Source: Trichodelitschia bisporula (taxonomy: Eukaryota). Taken from it: a stretch of DNA of 64,000 nucleotides. Both the position numbers and the translations under genes were made by a program. The stretch spans positions 1,171,931-1,235,930 of the forward strand of contig ML996694.1 of assembly GCA_010356995.1 (NCBI GenBank), written 5' to 3'. The first letter of the stretch is position 1. Each line of letters opens with the position of its first letter. The notes under the pieces are model-generated. The model did no database searches. It was not told the DNA's origin and saw only the letters and a list, made by a program, of their open reading frames with translations. This document shows, one piece after another, positions 24,427 through 37,100 of the stretch.

Positions 24427-26557
24427 CTACGCCAGCCCAGCCAGCACTCCAGCCAGTAATAATACAGTCCCCCATTCCGACCGTGACTTCCCTCTGCCAC
24501 CCGAGCTCGTTGGCGTCCCCGTGGCAACATACACACCCGTAGCTGTAGCCGTGCTCGAGGTCGAGATCACCGAGCCCGGTTTCCCCGCCCTAACAGATGT
24601 GCTCGGGCGCTCATAGTCACCTTCACTCGCATACCACACACCAGCATGCACAACTCCCTTCCCTGCCTTGAGGGCCTCGGCCTGTAAGCTCGAGCACGTC
24701 ATCCCAATAGCCCGTATCCAGCACACAGGCTTCTGGCTCTGTCCCGCCTTGTTCGACTTGCCCGACACCGCTGGGCCAGACGTGTGGTACGTAGACAGGT
24801 TCACCATTTCGCCAGTCGCCAAGGCGGTGCCTTGGACGATACGCGTGAAGACAGTGAACGCTGTCTCGGGCTGATACGCCGGGATCAGGTGCCCCGAGTC
24901 GTAGATGCGCGCGAAGGACAGGTTCCCGTACTGCCGCACCACGCCGCCGACGTAGCTCTTGTTGACGACGATATCGGCATAGCCAGAAGCGGGGAAGTGG
25001 TCGACGTAGGCGGGAAGTATAGACGCCACCGCAAGTGATACGGCTTCGCCGCCCATCCAGTTCGCGATGTAATCCGCATCACCGTAGAGGAAGGACACGC
25101 GAATTCCCATGTCGAGTAGCGTCGCGACATCGGCGAGCTGCGTCGCACGGAGTATGTCACCGGCTGCTTGGGTCAGAGGAGCTACGAAACCGTGCGGTGG
25201 ACTTACTGCTCGCAAAGGCAGAGTAGATCGCATCGCTAGAATCGGTGTAGTTTACCGGCACGCCGATGGACTTCTGCACGGCCTCTGTGTTGAGGTACTC
25301 TATGTACGCGGACGACGGGAACGGCGAGGGATCCATCTGCCGGATGTCGTAGTAACTGCGACCAGAGGGCCCGTAGACATTCTCCGTCGCCAAACATTTA
25401 CTCTGTGCTGTGGAGCACGCGTTATTGACGTATCTGACGTCACCATTACCCTCAGGGTCCGCCCACTGCATGAGTGTTCGACACTGTGAGATCATGTCCT
25501 GGCAGCCGCCAGTGGAATGAAAGTCGCTTAGAGCATTAAGCGAGGTGGTCAGATCAATGGCCTGGATGCCGTAGGTGTTGTTGTTCGCAAACTTAGGGTA
25601 GAACGGGAGCTGAAGCTTGTAGTCCACCAGTCCATTCAGAATGCCCACTGATGTAAGGCGGATGTCCAACGTTGCATTCGCGTCAATCGTCCCATTCAGC
25701 CGCAGCGCGTTCTGCTCCTCAAACAACGTCGCAAACGCAGGTCCATATATCCCACCATAGCTCTCCGTAAACAGGTTTATGCCTGTCGGCAGCGTCGTGC
25801 TGCTGTTCGGCAGCAAGCCCGGGTTGTATTGCGGAAAGGCAGCCAAAAAGCCCTGGAGAAAGTGCCACACCGCAGACGCCGCCAGTTCGGTAGTGTTCGG
25901 CATCGCGTAAGCCTCCTGACTACTGAACGTGCCGTTCAAAAACGCCCACGGTGGCATCCCCTCTGGCAGCAGCGCAGGTGGCTCAATGAACTTGCTCCGA
26001 AACAAGTCCCGCGACGCGTTCTTCAGCACATCGTACGAAAAGCCCGTCTGCACCGGCTGGTCGATAAACAGCATGTTGGAGCTGCGGTCCCAACCCCACA
26101 TGCGAGCTTGTGTGCCGTACGAGCCATCTGCGAGCTGAACGACCTCGCACGGCCCATTCTCCGTGAAAAGGCCGATCATGCTACTGCTTCCGGGACCGCC
26201 ATTGAGCCAGACCGTCAACGGGGCAGTTTGGGGATTCCGCCGCGCTTCTATGAACCAGAAGAAGGTGTTTATGCTGTAGTTCTGCTGTAGTGCGGGCACG
26301 CTGAATGGAGGCAGGCTGATGTACCCCGTGTACTGCTGCTGTGTGTCGTAGATGGTCGTGCAAGTGCCAGGATCAGGCGTGCGGTAGGATATTGTGATGG
26401 CGGGATTGATGGGCGAGGTAAGGACATGATCGTAATGGGCGAACGGCGGGAACTGGGCCGCAACAATGCGAGAGAGCGCGAGAACGAGTGACAGCAGTTC
26501 GAAGCGCTAGAGAAGTCAGTACGGGGGAGTGGAGGTGGAGCAGAGGCATCGCACCAT
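24427..26557 (-). CDS. Serine carboxypeptidase (peptidase S10), secreted, probably GPI-anchored
   Basis: WLNGGPGSSS, FIDQPVQTGFSY, catalytic TESYGG, GDADYIANW and DSGH motifs. Signal peptide MRFELLSLVLALSRIVAA, S/T stalk and hydrophobic C-terminus. Exons 26557-26555 (ATG only), 26506-25207 and 25163-24427. Confidence 0.92.
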
Positions 26558-27347
26558 TGTTGCGACGGCTAGCCAGGCATCTTTGGAGGAGAAGAGAGGC
26601 CGCGATGCTTCAGCATTGAAGTCGGGCTGACAGCGTGAGACGGAAATCCGCAGGTGAGTATGAGGCAAGAGGCTGGCTGATGCTCCTCGAGCTTGCCGCT
26701 ACGGGTAGCTTGGCAAGCACGCCGGAGGTTTGGGATGTCCGCGACGATCACTGCCCATGTCGCCAAGTCAGCGGTGATGTCCTCTTTGTATTGGACGACT
26801 GCGGACAACGGGAAGGCACTGCTTGCGGGTAACTTCATCTCAGCCTATTTGGCTTCGAGTAATCGACCTTGAAATTGACTTGGTCTTCGGGGACGACAGC
26901 ATGCCTTTCACCACTCATGAGGCCCAATATCCATATGTCACTGCCAACGAGGATACAAGAAAAACACGGCGAATGAGAACTGAGCGCAAATCACAGTAAG
27001 GTGATTCGGTAGGCCTACAGCCTTCAATAGGGCATTCAGAATCCAACCGACTATGACTACGCCGTGTGATATTGACCCATCAACCAGAGTGTGAGCTCAG
27101 ATGCAGCTCACTCTCCCTACAGCTAGCCCATAACACTTTTGTCCCGGTTGCTCGCTCCATATCATCGACAAGCTTAGCTGCAGGAAAGCATCAGAGCCTA
27201 CCGTACTGTCGAGGTTTTGCGAAGCTATCCACATTTAGCTGCGGAAGACGCAAAACCGGGGGTTTGTCGGTCGCTTCCACGTCGTGGAGCTGAAAGCAGC
27301 GGCAAGGCACGGCGTTCAACCGTCCAGTATTCCAGGCCTAATGTGAT

Positions 27348-28638
27348 TCATCCGGGAGAAATGCTTGCCTGGCTCAGCCCGTTGGTCACAGAGTCAATCT
27401 GGGCGTCTCCTATCGCCACCTTAGGCCGGCTCTTGTTGAGGCCTTCCAGAAGCATGCACGCCTTGCAGATGCTCTGGCTCGAGAGATACCCACACTTCTC
27501 ACAGCGCCCCAGTGTCTGCTTCCCCGGCTGGCGCGGCGCCTTCTCCGTCTTCCGCTTGCCGCGCCTCCCCGTTTTCTCAAGCGTGATTTCCGTTTCCAGT
27601 CCCTCCTCTCCGGCCTTCTCGTCCGCCTCCAACTTCACTGCCATCCGCGCCATCTCACCTCCAGCCGACCGCCCCACCGAGCTGCCACATCCCGCCTCTT
27701 CCTCTGCCTCCCCCGCACAGGTCCCCCCCCACGACGGAGGCTCGTATCCTGGTGTCAGTCGCGCCATGTCCTCGCCACTCCGCACGATATCCAAGATGGC
27801 ACTCGGCCGCACCCGCTCCAGATTCTTGACCAGCTCGCGCGCGGTCCCGCGAAACGCCTCGGGCGAGTAAATGCATTCGGTGCAGAAGTAATCGAGTGCC
27901 TTGTGGTGCGCATACAGCACAATCTCCTTCTCATACGCGTACTTAAGCGGCTTGCTGCGCTTAATATTGGCCAGTGAGGCCTCCGGCGTAGCCGCCGGTG
28001 TGGATGTGATGATAGAGGTGGAGCGTGAGAGGCGCGGGAGGTCACCGCGGAGGACTGCAAGCGTTAGTCGTTGTAAAGCCAGAAACAAGGGACATACGGT
28101 TCATGAGCACCGTCTCAGCCATGTCATCGGCATTGTGCCCCGTTACAACATGCTGCACGCCCAGCATCGCGGCTCCACGGTCCAGTGCCTGTCGCCGAAA
28201 CACACCACAGTATGTGCAGTTGCCCTTCTTGCCCACCTGCTCGACGACTTGGTCCATAGTCCAGCCATACAACTCGTCATAGCCGACGATAGTCAGCGGC
28301 ATGTCGTACTGGCGCGCGTTCCGCTTGACGGTCTCGAGGGAGTCATCCCTGTAGCCACGGATGCCCTCATCAATAGAGAGCAGCAGCAGATCGAGGCCGT
28401 AGTCATGCCGCTCGTTGAGCGTCTTGAGTACCGAAGCTAGTACCGTGCTATCTTTCCCGCCTGATGCGCCGATGGCCACGCGTTCGCCGCGGTGGAAGAG
28501 CGCGTTCGCTGTGATGGTGTGGTGGATCTCGGCTTCGAAGACGGCGATGAAGCAGGTTTTGCATAACTTTTGGTGGTTCTTTGGCCGGACGATCAGAGCG
28601 CGTGCACTGTGGCATGCGGCACAAGGAGAGGGCGGCAT
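27348..28638 (-). CDS. NCS6: Cytoplasmic tRNA 2-thiolation protein 1 (Ncs6/Ctu1)
   Basis: CxxC..CxxC, PP-loop [49 protein letters not shown] and a C-terminal CEKCGY..CKAC. Intron 28097-28055. Confidence 0.95.
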
Positions 28639-30200
28639 GGTTGCGGGGGTTGTTTTGAGCTTTTGGTGGGGTTACTGCTGTGGCTTCAAAGACTCGAAAT
28701 TGTCTGGTGAGCATGCGGGGCAAAATAATACTGGCCTGCACGTTGGGCTCAGGACAGAATAGCATCTCGCGGTAACGTGAAGGAATTTAACAGTCATGTT
28801 AGGCGTATGCCTAGCAATTCAGTGTATCTGCAGACCAAGTTCAGGCCTTTTTCTATCGCTCGTTGCAGCCATATTATCGTCGCAAAACTGTTGGTCTACA
28901 GCGAGGAAGTTGGGTGTTTGGGCCACGACTTTTCCCCTCGCATGTGACGATGTAAGGAGATGCAAGCGCGGATGCTCCAACAGAAGTTTCATCGTCATCA
29001 TCTCGCAGATCTCCAGTCATCGGCAATCGTCATGTTTCTCATTCATCCTCATCATTTTAAAGATGCCACCCTCTCTACAGTATTGTTTAACGCCATCATA
29101 GTACGCTGCTGAGCACTGGACGAGCCGGTAGGCGGAACACCACGCCGTAGGGGGAAAGAAATCTACTAAAGTCATACAGGTGGTAAACTGTATCCTCGAA
29201 CCGGTCGAGTTGAAGTCAGCAGGTCGGGACGTTATCTTTTCTTGAATGGGCGAAAGCATTGTGATAGCACCGTTCCGAGGATTTACCCATAAAGCATATC
29301 ATTTGCTGCCTCCTGGCGATGAAGACTGCACCGGGATGCCGATTTGCTCGCTTCCACTATAACGATGCAAGGCTGAACGACATCTTTTGCAGTTGGACGT
29401 CATATGAGGTGGTTGCGACCAGAGAGGCTACGATGACATACGAATTGGGTATATCTCACCACTTTAATCCCCTGGAAGGCTTTTATGGATCTCGACGGCA
29501 ACTCTTTTTTGGCCCCCTGTGTCACTTCCATTGTCAACCGTCCTGAGACTAACTGAGCCTGAGAGGAGCAGTTCTGACCTTCACCATGTTACCCAAACCA
29601 TAACCGATGGCAGGTTTGGTCCCGCAAACCACATGTGAAATGGGGGAAACCATCGGTCCGGAAGAAGAACAGGAACTAGGTGGCCCTTTCGTGGAAATGC
29701 TTTCCCCATTGCGGACGGGCCGCAGGTATCATCGCCGGATTCAAAGTCGTTACCGCTCTAGTAGGGCTGTTGATCCGGCTTTTTGTACGGCCAAGTACAG
29801 GAACGTGGATCTTCCTTCCTTCAGGTCAACATTGTTCCTTCCCCTTGAGCTGACCAGCTGATGCCGACCTCAAGCGCCGCTGCTATCACTCATCGGGGCA
29901 AGGCGAGCCCACGTCTGAACTGCACAAATATGGTGGGATCTTCTTCACTCCGGCCACTCTGGCATTGTTTCAACTTTCACGCACATCGACATCGTGACAG
30001 CCTCTAGCACATTAACATCGTTCAACCTCCAGCGCAATTATCTTTTTCACTACTAAAAGAACTCCGCCAAACACAAGTTCGGACAGTACGTTGTACAAAA
30101 GCCCCATCAGTGCTACATTTATCTTACACTTCCAACAGATCCGGCATCTTTCGCCACCCCTGCCTCCCACGAGGCACAGCGGTCAGATTCAGACGTTACG

Positions 30201-30941
30201 ATGGCGGGTAATTCACATACACCGGTAACACCTACCCGCATTGATATCACGTATCCCCCATGCCCTTCATCCTGGACCTGGCGCACAGGATATCCGTACC
30301 CGATGCCGGATCCGCTGATCCCCGAGTGTCCTGCCACGAAGGGCATGATGAACTCCTGCGGTTGGGACAAAATCTGCCAGATTTTTTTTATGCACCTGCA
30401 CGAAAATGGAATGCCGGAATGCACTCCCCAGTTATTTCACCGAAAGCTTTCGGACTCAGACAAAAGTCCCGCTCTGGTATGCCGCGTCGATGCGGAATGC
30501 TACAAGATCCCAAGATGGTCTCGCGGGCTGGCGAACCTCAGAGAGAAACTCAAGTCTCAACAACTCGATGGGGTAGGCTTCGAAGTGCGGGACCCCTACA
30601 TGATTCGTATCCTTCGTAAAGCCGTCAGCGATCGCGTCAGGGCCATTGTTGAATCGGTGACCACGGGACCGCTCGACACATCGTTGGGGTTTCAATGTTC
30701 AAGCATCTTATTCTGCAAACGCCTTGCTGAATCGACCGAAGAACCTACTGTGAGGTTTCCCCACCTACCCAAATATCTCAAGGCGGAGTTGGCGTCGCTA
30801 CCAGAAGAAGCTATTAGAGCGGAGTATTCGGCACTACCCGAAAGTGCAAAATTACCCGGAGCCGTCTACGAGTTTACCATGGTTTACTTGCCGGGGCCGG
30901 GAGACCCTTGCCCCTGCTGTCCGTGGAAGTGCGCCCCATAG
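30201..30941 (+). CDS. Hypothetical protein (246 aa), possibly the intact part of a frameshifted longer gene
   Basis: ORF with globular-looking composition in an otherwise gene-free, lower-GC interval. Further protein-like frames follow at 30908-31557. Confidence 0.4.
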   Translation: MAGNSHTPVTPTRIDITYPPCPSSWTWRTGYPYPMPDPLIPECPATKGMMNSCGWDKICQIFFMHLHENGMPECTPQLFHRKLSDSDKSPALVCRVDAECYKIPRWSRGLANLREKLKSQQLDGVGFEVRDPYMIRILRKAVSDRVRAIVESVTTGPLDTSLGFQCSSILFCKRLAESTEEPTVRFPHLPKYLKAELASLPEEAIRAEYSALPESAKLPGAVYEFTMVYLPGPGDPCPCCPWKCAP

Positions 30942-32556
30942 TGCAGTTGGGCCGCATGATGGGATCCACAGGCGGGAAATGCCATCGATCTGGAAGCGGA
31001 CGTTCGGCCCGAGACTGCGTCCTCGGTTGGTGGCTAGCCATATTTTTTCACCGTGTGCTTCCCGAGCCCTACGACTTTGGAGCAAAGACGCATGAGGCTG
31101 AATGGTCGGTCCATGAGCTTCATCTTCAAGGAGCTCGCGTAATGTGCCTTCATGCTGGATTCGAAAAGCGTTGGACAATGGGGCTGGGAACTGTTGCCTC
31201 GAGATTCGTTAGCACAGCTAGGTATTGATTTTCAGACCGCTCAATCCGTTCTCGGCCTGCGAGAGATCGCCATATCCGGGGGACCAACTCCCCGGCTTCT
31301 TCCACCGCTTGGACGCCGACCGCTCCCCCCCATCATCGCTTATCCCTCTTCGTAAGCATTTCAATACCGCCTCCGAATCCTTCCTGTGGAGACACCCGCA
31401 TCCCCGCAGTCACTGCCCTATCTCTCCTGATTTCCCGCTCCGCATCGGACTGTCCGTCGAGATATCCGATCCAACCCCATTTCCCCAGAATTTCATGCAG
31501 CCGTTAGCGTGGTGGCGTCGCGCACTGATGCTGCTTTCCCCACAGCCAATCCGTTAGCTCGGCTCGGCACCAACCGCAGGTTGGCGGAAGCGACGATCTT
31601 CATCATCGGAGGTTCGTGCCGCTGCATGAAGGATTTGGATGGCACTTGGGAGCAAAAATAAAGACTGAAACCCGAGTCATGAAGTCGATGCTCCCCCTTA
31701 TGCCAACACACGAACTGCAAGCCTCGGAACCGATAAAGCGTACTGCAGAAGAAAGGATCGCAGTTTCTGTACCTGACATGCAGGTGCATCTCCATGCAAG
31801 GAGTGTAGAAACTTTAAAATCTAGCGTTGAGCTTATCGGTGCCAATCAATATAGTCGGTATATGGTTGGCGAACGGAGAGGGCTGCGGCAGTGACTTTTA
31901 CCGTAAACGTTGGAGTTTGGTCGCGTGAGCCGATCTTGGTTCATACCCTGCCGCTGTCTCGGCCATGAAACCGTTCTGGGTTGTTGACGATCGCTGACGG
32001 TTAACAGTTTCTTGTGTAACAGTTCTAGTAGCCGTCGGCAATGCGCTGATTAGCTTCGATGACCAGGCCCTACAGTTCCGGCGGTACGGTATATGCTACT
32101 CTTCATCCCAGGATGTCGAATTTCATCCTAGAAACTAACACCACATAAAGTCGTTGAAAGGCTCCCACCAGTCCAGCCACCTCCCAAGCTGCGAGGCGCT
32201 ATCTCATCTGCACCCGCAGCGGCCATCGACGCGGCTGAAGCGCCTCTTCAACCGCGCTATACTTCTTCAGCATAGTCCCCCGGACAATCTCTTTAGCACC
32301 GGGAAACGGATGCTCCACGCGCCGCAGCGGATCGGCGCAGATCGTCAAGTGGGTGTTGTGGGGCCATTGGACAGCCTCGCCTCGAGCCGTTGAGCAGGAC
32401 TCCGCGGCTGAGGGCGGTCAGCCCTGTGGGTGCGGCTGTGGAAGTGGTCTGGGGAGCGAGATGTCTCCCAAATTTTATAAGATGTTGCAGTTGGCACTGC
32501 TTTGCCTTGATGTTCAGATATCAATTTTTGTCGTCTTGATGTTGCGGGAGTGAATC

Positions 32557-33706
32557 ATGGCCGAACCGGACAAGCACTCGACGGACGTCGCGTCCATCTT
32601 CTTCGGCTTCTTCATCGCGCTGTGGATCTTCACGGCGACGAAGGCGGTGCGGCAGACAAGCTCCATTTGGCGGAGGCGACACACCCTGTGGAATCGATAT
32701 GTGATTTTCATATGGACGGAGGTATTTGCCAATGTCGTATTCGCGGTAACAACATACTTGTACATCCGCGGCGTGCAAAAGCCCAGGTAAGCCCTTCCGT
32801 ATATCTATATGGTACGCGCCGCTAACACGGCCAGTCTCGCCTACTTCACCGGCATCGGTACGAACCACCTTCGGCTCCTCGCCCGCAAGCTAACAGCCCA
32901 GTGATAATGTGGGCGGTGCTAACCCAGCTCCTCCTCCAAATCATCGTCAACCGCGTCGCACTCATCATGGTCACCAAAGACCGCCCCCGTCTCCTGCGAT
33001 GGGGCCTCTTTCTCTTCATCGGGCTAGTCAACATATCCGTCTTCTGCATCTGGATCCCCGCAATGCTACGCTCAGGCCCGCAATGGGTGCGCATCAACCA
33101 CGTCTGGGAGCGGGTGGAGAAGAGCATCTTCCTGGTCGTAGACCTCGGGCTGAATATCTACTTCCTATACCTCGTCCGCAGCCAGCTCATCGAAAAGGGC
33201 TTGACGAAGTATTGGCCTTTGTACAACTTTAATGCGGGGATAATACTCATTTCGACGAGTATGGATATTGCGCTGTTGGGGCTGCAGAGCCTGCCCAATG
33301 CTTATGAGTCCGTAACCCCGGCTTCGTGAGAAATGGCTGACGCTGGAGCAGTTACATCCAATTCGCGCCCGTCGCCTACACTGCAAAGCTGCACATCGAG
33401 CTTAGCATGGCGGAGCTCATTTCCAAGGTCGTGCGCGGGCGCAACCGCGTCGATGCGAGCGATGACTGGACGAGCGATGGCACGGTACTGTCGAGCCATA
33501 TTCAGGGGGGAACGAAGCGGCAGACGCAGACGCTGTATGCGAAGGGGGAAATGGAAATTGATGAGAGGTCGGAGGCGGGGCTTGTGGGCCCGGAGCGGCA
33601 GGAGGGGATTTTGAAGACGGTGGCCGTGGTGCAGACGGAGACTAGGGATGGGGAGAGCGGGACAAATAGTGAGAGGGGGAGTATGAAGGGGACAGCGGTG
33701 GCGTGA
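32557..33706 (+). CDS. Fungal multi-pass integral membrane protein (6-7 TM)
   Basis: Several hydrophobic helices with WERVEKSIFLVVDLGLNIYF and YIQFAPVAYTAKLHIELSMAELI. Exons 32557-32786, 32835-32857, 32902-33307 and 33352-33706 splice in frame. Confidence 0.85.
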
Positions 33707-33989
33707 GGTGGGAATGGTGGTTCTAGTTCGAGCGGGATGGTTTGGGCATGGTGTTGGGCGTGTTGTTGATGATGGGTCTGCTCAAGATCAAGTCGGGCTG
33801 AAGGATGTAAACCTTGAATTTAGCTTGCCTCAAGACTTCGAGCACTCTCTATTCGCATTTCTTTTGCTTCATATACCCCAACAATGCATTATCATATCCT
33901 GTCATTGTAGGTTGGTTCTACGTCAACGGTTCTTCCTGATGTGGACTAGGCAGGAGCATTTCTTTTCAGTAAGGCAGGAAGAAACATGA

Positions 33990-34172
33990 TGTAATGTGCT
34001 CATGATGGGAGGAAGGAGTATAGGAGGATAGTTGGCATTATCGTGTATTTAGTTTCGAGCATCTCTTGACTCTCATGACTCTCTTCTTCTCTTCGTCTTT
34101 TATCAACTATTCACTTCACACCGTAGCCTTCCGAACCTGTCAAGCCCATGCTTCCATTATCTCCGACTAACG
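33990..34172 (+). mobile_element. Solo-LTR-like dispersed repeat, copy C
   Basis: Starts TGTAATGTGCTCATGATGGGAGGAAGGAGTATAGGAGGATA and ends near CCGACTAACG. Shares blocks with all other copies. Confidence 0.7.
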
Positions 34173-37100
34173 AAAGGTGGTGAACTCAGCAAGGGCAGAC
34201 CTCAAGCCACGACGTACGCTGAGAGCTCATGTAAGGGAGATATTGCTGACTGCGTGACAAGCAGAGAAGAAATGCAGCCTGCGTCTCTCGCCTCGAACAG
34301 CGTCCCGCGATAAGCGACTTCAAAAGCCGGGCCGAATGCGAACAACTCGGAACGTATGCCGAAGAGCTATCATCGCTTCAGATAGGTCCAGCTCCGACCA
34401 GAGCTAATTTACATGCCTGAACATCGGGCCGCGCGAGCAAGCATGATGATCATCAACTAGGCGATCAACTCTCACCTGAGCCTCAAAAGACAACCCAGTT
34501 CCGAGCGATCCTGCTATGCTCCATCGTCAGTCATAATCCCCATCAACATTCAGGACACCAGTACTTACCGAAAACGCATTTTTCACCTCACAGCCTTCCC
34601 ACCTCATCCCTCCATTCGCATTCCAAATCCTCTCTCACCAACCAATCCCCTCCCACCGGAGCCAATATAGCTGTCACGGCACTCATTTCCATCACCCCCC
34701 GGGAGCCCTACGATCCCCATCCGGCACGCAAAGCACGTAATCAAACACGCCCCACGCCATAGGAGCACAGTGGAAGCAGGCCCAGCCGTCCCCCGCAAGA
34801 TTTCCCCCGTTCGGGCCGATCGCCCCGTTTGCGGCCATAAGAGCGAATTGGGTCTCCAACTACACCCATCGTCAGCCAGCGCGCTGCACAATGGGCAACA
34901 TCTCGCGAGCTTTTGGCTTTTCCGTCTTCCTGCACATATATCTGGCAAAAAGAGGCCGCAGATGCCGCCGCAGGCGTGCCTAACGGTTGGCCAGCCGCGC
35001 TGGAATGGGTAAACTGGCCCAACAAATGTAAGCTGCTCCCCACGTCGCCCAAGGCCATCCCAAAGCAGTTCGCAGCCGCAGAAGCCCGTGAACATAACGC
35101 TCGACGAGCGAAACAGCCGCCACAGCCATTGGCTCGGCAGTCATGACCCGCGGTTCGTTTCCATCTATTCCGCGAACGCGGTCTCGGACACCCGTGGCCC
35201 GCCCGCCGGGGCTGGAATGACGACGGCAAGTGCCGCGGGTTTTGACATCGCTTTCTCTCGTTTGGCTTTATGGTACAGTATCCTCGCAGTGAAGGCTGTT
35301 TGTGATACTCTACGGCCGATGGGAATATCCGCGCTCACAGCGATCCAGCGGTGTGGATCTTCGATAAGCAGATGTTGGGACTGGATAGATGGCATCGAGG
35401 CTACCGCCCCAATCGTGATTTCGATGCGCCAGGAGAGTAGCGCCGGAATGAGGTGCGTAATGGGCAATTGAATCCTCTCGGCCCCCAAGCCAAAGAGCCG
35501 CAATCCACGCCCGTGTGCGAGGCGCACAGCACGATGCCGTAGTGCCGCGATCCGACCACCCCGCGTCGCGGGATCGTGCACCCGCCCGCACCCGCTCCGT
35601 CAAACCTGGATTCGCAATCGGCGGCCCACGCGCAGGCGGCGGCGTCGGGGAACATCCGAGACAGTGCGCGGGGCATTGTTCACGTCTGCCAAGTCGCTTG
35701 TTGAGTGTGATCGCACGGCGAGGGTGAAAACGGCGGCTACAGTGGTAGGACAAGGCTGGCGGGCTGAGAGACGGAGGGGCGCCGGGATGAGAGACTCGAG
35801 CTCTTTGCGTCTCGTTGAGGTGCTCCTTTCGCGCAACTGTCGTTCGCGCTCTCGCTCCGTCTCTGCCCTCATCTTCCGACGGGTGAGTTGTCATCTCAGC
35901 CCTGGCTCTGACTACTCTCCCCGTCCCAAAGCAGGAGTCTTCTCGAAGGCGGCCCGCGCTTGGCGGTCTGGCATAGCGCTGTACGGAGTTGGGGCCCGGG
36001 GCTAGGGACCGGGGGCTTCCAAGACGTGAAGGGATGAAGGACCAGGGGGAGCTGGTTTGAGGGTTATGAATTGTGAAGCTGGGGAGTGGTGTTTGAGGGT
36101 GTTGTGGAGTTGTGCTGGGAGGGGTCTGGAGAGGTGGTGAAACGGGAGGAGGGACGTGTTACGGATAGCGGTGCCAGGCGGGGGTTGTTGGTCTGGGGAT
36201 GTTTGGCCGTTGGCGGGGTGTTGGAGGTGTTCGACGTGTCAAAGGAGACGAGAGTGCTGTTGGGCAAGTCCAGTTCGTCTCCTCGATACCAGATCAATCA
36301 TCAACCCAGTCCCTAGGGCCAGAGGAATCTTTCCTGACGTTCATCGTCTTCTCTTCTCCCCCTCATCCCATCAGCCCATCTCCCTTCTCCTCCATCCTTC
36401 ATCCCTCACCCCCGTTTCCGCGCTGACTCGCACCCCCCGCAAGCCTCAATTCGCGGCGCACGGATAGATCTGGTAGAAGGCGCGGTAGAAGGTCGACGGA
36501 ATTCGAAAGCGCGGTCGGGGCTTGCGGATGGCGATGTGCCCTGGCTTGGGCTTGGGGCTGCTGGCTTTGAGATGGATGAGTCGCGGACAGGACGAGGGCT
36601 GTTGGTTCGGAATTCGCTGAGCCGACGCAGGGTGGTGCTGGTTGTCTAGATGCTGTGGGAATTGTAGATTTTGCAGTGTCGATTGTGTAGCTTTTTGGAT
36701 GCATGCTGATGCAGCGGGATGACGAGCAGAGATGACGAGTCGTGCCCCCCTCGATTGACAGCTGCTGTGCGATGACGATGACGGTAACTACCGGCATCCT
36801 GAGATGCTGAGTGACACGAAATGACGAGCAATCGATGCCACCGACTTTACTACATCCTCAACTTCTCATAGCTAATCCCTTCATTAGCAAAACCCACCCC
36901 ATCCCCACCACCAATAACCCCCAAACCCTCCCCTCTCCCAACATCCACCCAGTAGGAACGCACCCATCCTCACACCCTCACCAAAGGAAAAAAAAACGCA
37001 CATCAAAGCCAGACTCCCGTCCAGGCTCCCCAGCAAACACTATCAGCGCCCAGCATCGTGAGCCTCGGCCCCCTCAGCCCTGCGAGCCGGCCATATTTCC

